This document shows, in pieces, positions 10,145 through 19,015 of a DNA stretch of 64,000 nucleotides. Location of the stretch: the NCBI GenBank assembly GCA_902492325.1, contig CABULC010000004.1, positions 24,833 through 88,832 of the forward strand. The letters run 5' to 3'. Source of the DNA: an uncultured Clostridium sp. Its GTDB lineage: Bacteria > Bacillota_I > Bacilli_A > RF39 > UBA660. The notes under the pieces are model-generated. The model was not told the origin of the DNA. It worked only from the letters and a program-made list of their open reading frames with translations, and made no database searches. The translations under genes and the position numbers were made by a program. Positions within the stretch are counted from its first letter, which is position 1. Every line of letters starts with the position of its first letter.

Positions 10145-10780
10145 TTAAATTCCATGTTTTACTTTTCTAAGTTTAGCATTAAAAGGAATAATTGTTATAA
10201 CACTAACTACTACAACTATTGCTATTTGAATACCCCAATCTTTCATAAAATCAACTATATCATCTATAATAGTTCTATTATCTGGTTCTTGTATTGGTTT
10301 TTCTAGTTCTATACCACCTAAGTTTTTAACTTGTAATTCAAAAATGTCTAAAGTTGGTTTATAATTCAAAAATTGAGATGAACATATACTTAATTTTCCT
10401 TTATATTCATCACATCTATCAGTTTCATAGAATGTATTATAATATGGAAAATTAATACTAATAGTTTTTATTAAAGAACCACAATCAGTCTCAGAAGTAT
10501 TAATTATATATGAAACACTCTTTCCTTCTTCTATATTGCTTATATATATAGTATTTTCAAGATCAGCACTATAATAATTTGTACTATCAGTAATATATAA
10601 ACCAGGTACAACATTATAAAATGTTACACTAAACTTATTAGCAGATTTACTATATGATGTTTCATAAGTTACATTATCTGCTAACTTTTGATATTGCACG
10701 AACGCTTTAGTATCACAAGCAGCAGATACAACATTTGGAAATAGGATCGTCAATAATAATATAATTATATTTTTTTTCAT
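10145..10780 (-). CDS. Small exported protein with a C-terminal TM and a basic tail
   Basis: Signal peptide MKKNIIILLLTILFPNVVSA. C-terminal IQIAIVVVVSVITIIPF followed by NAKLRKVKHGI. Confidence 0.4.
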   Translation of the reverse strand: MKKNIIILLLTILFPNVVSAACDTKAFVQYQKLADNVTYETSYSKSANKFSVTFYNVVPGLYITDSTNYYSADLENTIYISNIEEGKSVSYIINTSETDCGSLIKTISINFPYYNTFYETDRCDEYKGKLSICSSQFLNYKPTLDIFELQVKNLGGIELEKPIQEPDNRTIIDDIVDFMKDWGIQIAIVVVVSVITIIPFNAKLRKVKHGI

Positions 10781-10792
10781 ATCTATGCCTCT

Positions 10793-12415
10793 CTATTCTT
10801 TTATAAGTACAGCATGTACTACTAATCTCTTCTTACCACTAGCACATGTAGATAAAGTTAATATTTTATCACCATACTCTACTTTATCTTTAGTTTTAAA
10901 AGTACTTCTTCCTCTAATTAATTTAACAAATGCATCAAACTCTTTTTTATTTTCAAAATCAGTTTTTAAATAATCTGTAGTATATTCAACTCTATACCCA
11001 GCAAAAATTTTAAATTTATATTGTCCATTAGGAGTGTCATAACTAATTATCATATTTTCACTATTTTTTCTAAAATTAGAAGTTAATACATTTTTCAAAG
11101 TACCAAACATAGTACCATTAAGCATACTATGTCCATATATAATATTATTAGAATCAAATTCATTTTTAGAATTTCTATAGTCTAAATAAACCCACCCCAT
11201 AGAACTCTTCTTTTTATATATATCTCTTTTCAAATAATAACTATTATCATTATGTTGTACTATTGGATAATTAATATTAGTACCTTTAACTGTTAAAAAA
11301 CCAATTGTTTCATTATTAATCTTTTTTAATTTAGAAAATACTTTTTCAAACTGATATTTTGTACTTGCAGGTTTACTAGTATTATTTTTATTACTATTAT
11401 TTCCACCATTTGCATCACTAGTATCATCATCTTCTTCATCAACATCATCTAATCTATCAAGTTCAAAATCATTACCATAAGTGCCATTACTTATAGTAGC
11501 ATTTATTTCATCTATACTCATTTTTTCTACATATTCATAAGATTTAATAATTATTAAGCTAACTAAACTAACATAGATGCATAATAAAGATATAAGTTTT
11601 AAATTATTAAAAGTTAATTGCTTAAATAAATTATTAACAAGAAAAGAATTAGAATAAACTATTCTAAACTCACAAGTATATTCATTCTTACATTTCTTGT
11701 TTACTTCTTTTAACCAAAGAAAATTCTTAGAAATAAAGTTATATTCATCATATCCTTGATGTAAAAAAACTATAATTTCTCTAGATTCATCTTTCTTAAT
11801 TAAATCCATTATTGAAGAAATTAATTCTTTAGAAAATATATATAAATGAATAGATTTAAGATTATAATTTATTCTTAAGAATTCTTTTAAATCACTAACT
11901 AAATTATCATATTTTTCTCTTATTTCTATATTCTTTTTATAATATAAAGTTTCATAATCAAATGCATCCTGCATTAACATAAATCTATCAGATACTTTTT
12001 CTTTATTATATAGTGTTACATTAACACCTTTTCTATTAAATTTATCAATAATAAATTTAGGCATATAATAACAATCTATTTCTTTTAAACTACCTACTTC
12101 TAAGAACATTTCATAATCTTGTAAACTTACTGTTGAAGCAAAATCAAGTCTCAATCTTTTTATATTCAATTCATTTAATAAATAAATACTATATTTAAAA
12201 GTAATTAATCGTTTAATAGTAAGTATTTCTAATCCTTTATCTTTTAATAAATTAATAATTTTACTATAGTTCTTTTTATAATATTTAAGGGAAATATATA
12301 ATGAAGCATTATAAAACTCTAAACTATTAACAAATTTATTTTCTTTTTCATTAATAGTTTTAAAGTCAAAAAATAATGTTTTATCATTAACTGTAAGTAC
12401 AATATACTCTTTCAT
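10793..12415 (-). CDS. Class B sortase domain fused to a ~290-aa N-terminal cytoplasmic extension and a central TM
   Basis: C-terminal domain carries NIIYGHSM and the catalytic TLSTC motif (ILTLSTCASGKKRLVVHAVLI). A TM (LISLLCIYVSLVSLIII) sits around residue 290. The N-terminal 290 aa is uncharacterised. Confidence 0.6.
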   Translation of the reverse strand: MKEYIVLTVNDKTLFFDFKTINEKENKFVNSLEFYNASLYISLKYYKKNYSKIINLLKDKGLEILTIKRLITFKYSIYLLNELNIKRLRLDFASTVSLQDYEMFLEVGSLKEIDCYYMPKFIIDKFNRKGVNVTLYNKEKVSDRFMLMQDAFDYETLYYKKNIEIREKYDNLVSDLKEFLRINYNLKSIHLYIFSKELISSIMDLIKKDESREIIVFLHQGYDEYNFISKNFLWLKEVNKKCKNEYTCEFRIVYSNSFLVNNLFKQLTFNNLKLISLLCIYVSLVSLIIIKSYEYVEKMSIDEINATISNGTYGNDFELDRLDDVDEEDDDTSDANGGNNSNKNNTSKPASTKYQFEKVFSKLKKINNETIGFLTVKGTNINYPIVQHNDNSYYLKRDIYKKKSSMGWVYLDYRNSKNEFDSNNIIYGHSMLNGTMFGTLKNVLTSNFRKNSENMIISYDTPNGQYKFKIFAGYRVEYTTDYLKTDFENKKEFDAFVKLIRGRSTFKTKDKVEYGDKILTLSTCASGKKRLVVHAVLIKE

Positions 12416-12475
12416 TACTTTCTCCTAATATACAAGTATATAATATCATAATTTTAATCAAAAAAAAATATGAAA

Positions 12476-13006
12476 CTATTCAATTCCATATTTTTCAATC
12501 ATTTTATTTAGTACTTTATAATCAATAGTTTTAAGTTCACTACTCATTGCTTCTACTGCTTCACCATCTTTAATATATATTAATAATGGAGCATTAGTTA
12601 TTTCATCTCTTATATTAGAAAATTGTTTTTTTAAAGTTGATATATAATCAGTACTATCACCATAATCAGATACATTCCAATAAATAATATCATCTAATAA
12701 ATCTTTTTTCTCTAAAACTTCATACATTTTCTTTTCATTATTATATATTTCACTATTTCCAGTATAACTTACATATAGAAGTACATCCCCAGTTTCTGTT
12801 AAAGCAAAGTTAACATCTTTGGTATTTATTTGTTTAATTTTTTGATCTGAAAATACACTAGTACTTAATTTATTATTTCTATATGTTAAATAGAATGTCC
12901 TTAAATATAAACAAGCTATGATAACAAGTACTGACACAACTAATACTATAAAATAATTACGTGTTGGTATTTTTTTATCAAATAATTTAAATTTAAATTT
13001 TTTCAT
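12476..13006 (-). CDS. Membrane-anchored protein of unknown function
   Basis: Single N-terminal TM NYFIVLVVSVLVIIACLYL. No motif recognised. Confidence 0.35.
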   Translation of the reverse strand: MKKFKFKLFDKKIPTRNYFIVLVVSVLVIIACLYLRTFYLTYRNNKLSTSVFSDQKIKQINTKDVNFALTETGDVLLYVSYTGNSEIYNNEKKMYEVLEKKDLLDDIIYWNVSDYGDSTDYISTLKKQFSNIRDEITNAPLLIYIKDGEAVEAMSSELKTIDYKVLNKMIEKYGIE

Positions 13007-13147
13007 CTACGTTCCTCCGTTTATCTTACATATTCATTTTAACATAAATGAATATCTTTTTCAAACTATTTATTAATTTAATATATATTATTTATTGTAG
13101 AAAAATTTATTATTTTATTATATAATTCTTTCTAGAGGTATTTTATT

Positions 13148-13714
13148 ATGTATGAAGCTTTCAATAAAGAATTAAGTTATATAAAAGATGAAAAAATTAA
13201 AAATAGTTTAAAAACAATGTTAAATTTATTACCAGAGTATTTTTATCAAATACCAGCAAGTTCTACTGGTAAATATCATCCTGAATTTACTTTAGGTGAT
13301 GGTGGTCTTGTGAGACATACAAAAGCTGCTGTAAGAATAGCATATGAGCTTTTACAAAATCCAGCTATTAATAACTTCACTGATGAAGAAAAAGATTTAA
13401 TATTATTTGCATTAACTGTTCATGATGGCCTTAAGAATGGTAAAGTCAAAAGTAGATATACAGCATTTGATCACCCTATCCAAATGAGTAACTATATTAA
13501 AGAAAATAAAGATAAACTAGAATTAAATGATAATCAAATTGATTTAGTTTGCAGATGTATAGCTACTCATATGGGCCCATGGACAACTGATTTTAATGGT
13601 AACGAAATATTAGAAGCCCCAAAAGACAAATATCAAAGATTTGTACATATGTGTGACTATCTAGCAAGTAGAAAATTCTTAAACATTAAATTTGAAAATA
13701 ATGAAATAAATTAA
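13148..13714 (+). CDS. HD-domain metal-dependent phosphohydrolase
   Basis: H..H and HD motifs (GKYHPEF...VRHTKAAV...ALTVHDGLK...ATHMGPW). Confidence 0.55.
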   Translation: MYEAFNKELSYIKDEKIKNSLKTMLNLLPEYFYQIPASSTGKYHPEFTLGDGGLVRHTKAAVRIAYELLQNPAINNFTDEEKDLILFALTVHDGLKNGKVKSRYTAFDHPIQMSNYIKENKDKLELNDNQIDLVCRCIATHMGPWTTDFNGNEILEAPKDKYQRFVHMCDYLASRKFLNIKFENNEIN

Positions 13715-13715
13715 A

Positions 13716-13742
13716 ACTGAAGACGAAATCTTCAGCTTTTTT
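13716..13742. terminator. Bidirectional rho-independent terminator
   Basis: Hairpin ctgaagac-gaaa-tcttcag flanked by a T-run on the plus strand and an A-run (U-run on the minus transcript). Confidence 0.6.
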
Positions 13743-13926
13743 AATCATAGAATTCTTGCTTTTTAGAATCACTAACACAAGCATAATCTTTAAGACTTTT
13801 AAACTCTTTATTATTTTTAAAAAGTTCGTTAGCCTTTTCTATATTACAAAAATTAGCAATATATTCTTTAAAGATACTTTTATCTTTTTTTAATGAATCA
13901 ATTTTTACTTTAATTTTATTATTCAT
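13741..13926 (-). CDS. Small (61 aa) Lys-rich cytoplasmic protein
   Basis: Perfect RBS aggaggactaATG. Lies 8 nt downstream of the 874-aa gene. Confidence 0.45.
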   Translation of the reverse strand: MNNKIKVKIDSLKKDKSIFKEYIANFCNIEKANELFKNNKEFKSLKDYACVSDSKKQEFYD

Positions 13927-13934
13927 TAGTCCTC

Positions 13935-16523
13935 CTAATTATTTTGAATATAAACAATCTTTAAGTTGTTCTTTTTAGCAATCGCAAGAAGATCATCAGT
14001 TAATTTACCAACAATTACTAAAAATGCTGGATTCATAGTATATTTAACAGTTCTATCTTTATTTACCTTAATTAAAGTATGATCATCATATGTAGTAAAT
14101 CTAAGAGAACCTGTTTTAACTAATTTATTATAACCATAACAATTCTTTTCAAGATCACTTATATTCATACATGCATAATGTGTTCCATCATTAGTATAAG
14201 AACATAATATTTTAAAGTCTTGATTATTTATTTCATAAACTACTACACCATCTTCTACTCTTTTTTCAACTATATCAGGACTATCTATATATAATAACTC
14301 TATATCATCAATCGTTACAATTTGATCATTTATTATTTCACATCTATATTTCTTTAATTTATTAAAGAAGTCAATAACACCAATTAAATTTCTATTAGTT
14401 TTATTATTAACTAAATTATCAATGTATCCAAGATATAAATCAGTATCGTTTACATTAAATAATAATTTAATCATGCTAAATAAATTAATTTCTTCAGTGC
14501 TAAATACTTTATTACCATCGTCTTCAATATTTTCTAAATTTTCAGCATCAAATACATCACATAATTCTTTAATAGTAGATATTTCTAACCATCCACTATT
14601 TCCATTTTTATCATAACCTTTATTGAATAAATATCTACATAATAAATTCTTATAAATAGATACATCTTTTATAGCAGATAGTTCATTTATTAATTTTTTA
14701 AGAAGTGATATATCATAAGAAGCAAGTTCACTAGTCTTAGTAATATGTAAATAGTTACCATAAGTGGCAATTAAATCTATTAAATTATCAGTTTCAACAT
14801 CAGTTAACTCTTTACCATCTATATCAGCAATAATCTCTTTATAATAAGTAAAATTCTCTACTGCTTTATATAAAGACTCTTTACTCTCACCATAGATAGA
14901 TTTAAATATATCATAATATTTAATAAATAATTCTCTGTTTTTATTACTCTTCGCTATTAAAAGTAACGTAGACATATTAACAAAATTATATTTAAAATAA
15001 TTATTAAGTAACAAACTAGGTATAAATGATAATCTATTATCAAAAATCTCAAGTGAATAAATATTATATATTTCCGTATCTAATTTAATTTCTTTATTGT
15101 ATGCTGTTGATAATAAATCACTTAATAATTTAATAGCTGATTCTTGAGTTTTACCCTCTTTACCTTTATATAACAAAGATATACCCATAAATAAAGTAAT
15201 CTTTTCAACGTTATTCTTTGTCATAATATTTTTATTAAATAAAACTTTAAATAAATCAAATACACAATTATAATCAACATTAAAATCATATTTATCTATA
15301 TTTTCTAAATATTCATTATATATTTTATTTATAACTTTATAAAAATTATTATACATTTCTTGATCGTAATAAGCTTTAAATAAATTTAAACATCTAGAAT
15401 CACAATCTATAATTATACTTTCTTTTGTTTTTCTATCAGTATCATTATTATAAACTGGTACAACATAAGGAAGTACATAGTTAACATCTATATTAATAAG
15501 TAACATCATTTGTTCAATACTAAGACCTTGTATTATCTTAATTAATCTCTTAGTATATTGGTAACTTATATTATTACTTTTAGCATCAAATCTATATAGT
15601 TTACCTTTGGCATTCAGTAACCCTTTATCTATTAATATATTAACTATATCATTTATATTCTTATTACCTATTTCTTCTAAAAGTCCATAAACAACTTCAT
15701 GATCTTTATTATCTTTACTTTTTAAAGCAGCTATATTTAAATATTTAATTAATTCTATATCATATTTTAATAATTCAGTAAGTGTTGATGTATCTAAATA
15801 ATTTATCATAAATGGATATTCTTTTATAAATTCTTTTTGTACATCTATAGGCATAGTATTAAGAAGTGTGAAATCATTTTTAATTTTATCTACTTGCTTC
15901 TTAACAAAATTATTTCTAGCATCTCCACTAATATACATATTATATGCTTCATCTTCAGCATATTTATTTTGAATTGTTTGACTAGCATATTTTATAAAAC
16001 ATGGATTTACTTTTATAACAAATTCCCATTGTTTATCAGTTAATTTATCTTTAATTTTATTTATTAAATCCTCAGTTGATTTTAAATCACTATTAGATAA
16101 AACAGTTATAACTTCTTTTAAATCTTCCATATAAAGTTTAGCTACATCATCAGGTTGTGAAAAATATAATTTAATATATGAAGTATATTCTTCTGGATCT
16201 AAATCAAGAACATTACTATTCATAAAAAATTTATTACCCGCAAGCCAATCACATACCAAAGCCTTACGTGCCTCTATAGAACCATATCTAAACATAGAAA
16301 GATTACTATTAAGACGAGATTTTTGAAAATCGATTGGTAATATTCTAATTAAAGATGGATGATGAAAAAATAAATAGCTTAAAACAATTTCATTATTTTC
16401 AAATTCTTTAGTGTTTAAATAAGCTTGCTCTATTTCTTTTTCACTTTTATTACTAAGACTCTTAATGAAATCATTTGCTCTTCTTTGAATTTGTCTGCTT
16501 TTCATTTGTTTGAATAGTGACAT
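13935..16523 (-). CDS. Large cytoplasmic protein of unknown function
   Basis: Long ORF with typical codon usage. The likely start is the internal MSLFKQ (RBS agaggtgtgtatATG) rather than the first M of the ORF track. No motif recognised. Confidence 0.5.
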   Translation of the reverse strand: MSLFKQMKSRQIQRRANDFIKSLSNKSEKEIEQAYLNTKEFENNEIVLSYLFFHHPSLIRILPIDFQKSRLNSNLSMFRYGSIEARKALVCDWLAGNKFFMNSNVLDLDPEEYTSYIKLYFSQPDDVAKLYMEDLKEVITVLSNSDLKSTEDLINKIKDKLTDKQWEFVIKVNPCFIKYASQTIQNKYAEDEAYNMYISGDARNNFVKKQVDKIKNDFTLLNTMPIDVQKEFIKEYPFMINYLDTSTLTELLKYDIELIKYLNIAALKSKDNKDHEVVYGLLEEIGNKNINDIVNILIDKGLLNAKGKLYRFDAKSNNISYQYTKRLIKIIQGLSIEQMMLLINIDVNYVLPYVVPVYNNDTDRKTKESIIIDCDSRCLNLFKAYYDQEMYNNFYKVINKIYNEYLENIDKYDFNVDYNCVFDLFKVLFNKNIMTKNNVEKITLFMGISLLYKGKEGKTQESAIKLLSDLLSTAYNKEIKLDTEIYNIYSLEIFDNRLSFIPSLLLNNYFKYNFVNMSTLLLIAKSNKNRELFIKYYDIFKSIYGESKESLYKAVENFTYYKEIIADIDGKELTDVETDNLIDLIATYGNYLHITKTSELASYDISLLKKLINELSAIKDVSIYKNLLCRYLFNKGYDKNGNSGWLEISTIKELCDVFDAENLENIEDDGNKVFSTEEINLFSMIKLLFNVNDTDLYLGYIDNLVNNKTNRNLIGVIDFFNKLKKYRCEIINDQIVTIDDIELLYIDSPDIVEKRVEDGVVVYEINNQDFKILCSYTNDGTHYACMNISDLEKNCYGYNKLVKTGSLRFTTYDDHTLIKVNKDRTVKYTMNPAFLVIVGKLTDDLLAIAKKNNLKIVYIQNN

Positions 16524-16577
16524 ATACACACCTCTATTATAATAATTATTATAACACAATTATTATTTTAAAAATAG

Positions 16578-16620
16578 ATTTAAATATATAAAAAAATAGA
16601 TTATATCTATAATCTATTTT
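16578..16620 (-). terminator. Rho-independent terminator of the prepilin-like gene, overlapping its stop codon
   Basis: Perfect palindrome aatagattata-tc-tataatctatt, followed by a U-run on the minus transcript. Confidence 0.55.
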
Positions 16621-18185
16621 ACTTTGAATACTAAACCAGATGGTTTATAACTTGAATTATTTAAAAGTGTAGCAATAGTATCATTTTTAGCATAACCAAT
16701 TCTAACTTGAGCACCTCTAAAAATATCAGTTATATTGGTTGAACTACTGATATCAAAGCTACTTAAATCAAGTGAAGTAACTTTACTACTTGAAAACATT
16801 CCACCCATATCTGTAACCTTTCTAGTATCAAAACTCGTTAAATTTAAACTAGATGCTTTATTAGCATAAAACATATGATGCATATTAGTAACTTTACTTG
16901 TGTTAAAATTTCTTAAATCAAGTGTAGGAACAACACAATCATAAAACATAGAGCTCATATCAGTAACATTTGATGTATCGAAATTACTAACATCCAAACT
17001 GGTTGCAACACTATTCCAAAACATAAAGCCCATATCCCATACCTTACTAGTGTTAAATTTATTTAAGCCTTTAATTTGCGTTGCAGCTGCCCATCCAAAC
17101 ATATATCTCATATTAGTTACATTGGACGTATCAAAATTACTAACATCTAATGAAGTAGCTTTTGAAGTATAAAACATATATCCCATATCTGTAACTTTAC
17201 TTGTATTAAATTTACTTAAATCTAATGAAGTTGCTCTAGATCCAAAAAACATTCCACTCATATTTTTCACATTACTTGTATCAAAGCTACTCAAATCTAA
17301 ACTGGTTGCTGGATTACTTCTAAACATTCCATTCATATTAGTAACATTGCTTGTATCAAAATTATTTAATCCTTTTATTTCTTTAGCTCTACTTTCATAA
17401 AACATACCACCCATATTTATTATATTAGAAGTATTAATTTTTTCTAAATCAATAGAAGATGCTTTAGTTTGATAAAACATACACGATGTAGATACAACTG
17501 GCTTATTATTTATATACGTGCAAACTTGACTTGTTACAGGGTCAGTTGATTCTTGATCCGTTAAAGCTACACCCCATCCATCAGTGTTCATATTGCTCCA
17601 TCTAAATTTAATATTATAAATGCCACCTTGTTGCTTGTATCTATATGTATATTGTCCATTTACATATTCAGCACCCTGCACCATATCTCCATCAAAAGTA
17701 CAATTAATATAATTAGGGAGATCTGGATTGCTTGGTTTATCTGGCTGATTAGGATTATCAGGATTACTTGGCTCATTTGACCCACAATTATAATCATCTA
17801 AATTTCCATTTTCTAAATCATCTATAGTTAAATCTTCAACAGCTTTGCCATTTAAACTTGCTATCCATTTACCATTAGATACTTTCATATCAGTTACTTT
17901 ACCACTACTATTTAAAATGACACAATATTGAAGTTTCTTTCCTGTCATATCGAGTTTAGAATTGTCTTTTGAATTAATAACATTTGTTTTATTGCCACTT
18001 ATTGAATTTGATAAATACTTTTTTTCTGATTCACTATAAACCTTTTTTGCCTCAGTTAAAAAAATTTCTTTTTGTGCTTTGTTATACATATTTATTACAT
18101 TAGGTAGCGCTATAATTACTAGTATAGCTAAGATTGCTATCACTGCCAGTAACTCTACCAATGTAAAACCTCTTTTATTTTTCAT
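16614..18185 (-). CDS. Type IV prepilin-like N-terminus fused to DUF285/BspA-type repeats (putative minor pilin or tip adhesin)
   Basis: MKNKRGFTLVELLAVIAILAILVIIALP is a class III signal (G at -1, F at +1, E at +5). It is followed by about 10 repeats of F(D/N)TS(N/K)VT(N/D)M..MF, the DUF285 signature. Confidence 0.65.
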   Translation of the reverse strand: MKNKRGFTLVELLAVIAILAILVIIALPNVINMYNKAQKEIFLTEAKKVYSESEKKYLSNSISGNKTNVINSKDNSKLDMTGKKLQYCVILNSSGKVTDMKVSNGKWIASLNGKAVEDLTIDDLENGNLDDYNCGSNEPSNPDNPNQPDKPSNPDLPNYINCTFDGDMVQGAEYVNGQYTYRYKQQGGIYNIKFRWSNMNTDGWGVALTDQESTDPVTSQVCTYINNKPVVSTSCMFYQTKASSIDLEKINTSNIINMGGMFYESRAKEIKGLNNFDTSNVTNMNGMFRSNPATSLDLSSFDTSNVKNMSGMFFGSRATSLDLSKFNTSKVTDMGYMFYTSKATSLDVSNFDTSNVTNMRYMFGWAAATQIKGLNKFNTSKVWDMGFMFWNSVATSLDVSNFDTSNVTDMSSMFYDCVVPTLDLRNFNTSKVTNMHHMFYANKASSLNLTSFDTRKVTDMGGMFSSSKVTSLDLSSFDISSSTNITDIFRGAQVRIGYAKNDTIATLLNNSSYKPSGLVFKVK

Positions 18186-18361
18186 ATCATCACCAATTAT
18201 AAGTATAACACAATAAAACTATATTGTAATTAAAAAAACACATAGCTTTTTACATCCAATGTTTGTTCGCACTTACATTGTAACATAGGTAAACACTATG
18301 TGTCTTTTTTTATGTTATTTTCGGACATTTAATTTTTCTAGTTATATTCTAAATAGAACTC
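18186..18361 (-). promoter_or_regulatory. Structured intergenic leader (lemA terminator and/or attenuator-like element upstream of the prepilin gene)
   Basis: On the minus strand, nested inverted repeats (acacatag...ctatgtgt; catag/ctatg; ttaca/tgtaa) end in a U7 run about 48 nt before the prepilin ATG. Confidence 0.25.
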
Positions 18362-18919
18362 TTAGAATTGTACTTTAACGTTTTTACGTTCTTCAACACT
18401 ATCTACTTCATACATTTTTTGTTCTTTATAACCTAACATATTAGCAACTATATTACTTGGAAACATCATTACTTTGTTATTAAATATTTTAACAACGCCA
18501 TTATAATATTTTCTAGAATTAGCTATATCTGCTTCTACATTAGATAAATCAGAACTTAAACTTAAGAAGTTTTGATTAGCTTTTAACTCTGGATAAGCTT
18601 CAGCTAAAGCCATTATTTTAGTAATACCTGCAGATAACTTAGCATTATTTTCTATTTTTTCATCTGGACTCATCTTATCGTAAGCACCACTTCTTAATTT
18701 AACAACTTCTTCTAAAGTTCCTTTTTCATGCTTAGCATAACCTTTAACAGTTTCAACTAAATTTGGTATTAAATCCCATCTCTTTTTTAGATATACATCC
18801 ATTGTAGAAAAAGCTTCTTTAACATTATTATTTAATTTAACTAATGAGTTATAAACACTAATAAAATAAATAACTAATATTACCAAAACTGCTATGATTA
18901 TATAACCAACTGGACCCAT
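18362..18919 (-). CDS. lemA: LemA family membrane protein
   Basis: N-terminal TM and the LemA-type sequence (YNSLVKLNNNVKEAFSTMDVYLKKRWDLIPNLV...YYNGVV). Confidence 0.75.
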   Translation of the reverse strand: MGPVGYIIIAVLVILVIYFISVYNSLVKLNNNVKEAFSTMDVYLKKRWDLIPNLVETVKGYAKHEKGTLEEVVKLRSGAYDKMSPDEKIENNAKLSAGITKIMALAEAYPELKANQNFLSLSSDLSNVEADIANSRKYYNGVVKIFNNKVMMFPSNIVANMLGYKEQKMYEVDSVEERKNVKVQF

Positions 18920-19015
18920 ATATATTCCTCCTAACTTATTAAGAACATTATATCATTAATGTTCTTAATTGTAAATTGACAAAGCATTTACAAATTAAAA
19001 AGAAATAACTTTACA

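Noticed and set aside
18186-18361. c-di-GMP riboswitch upstream of the prepilin-like gene
   Set aside because: It was considered because Clostridial pilin genes are often c-di-GMP-riboswitch controlled, but no GEMM-I or GEMM-II conserved elements could be matched by eye. It is reported only as an unspecified structured leader.
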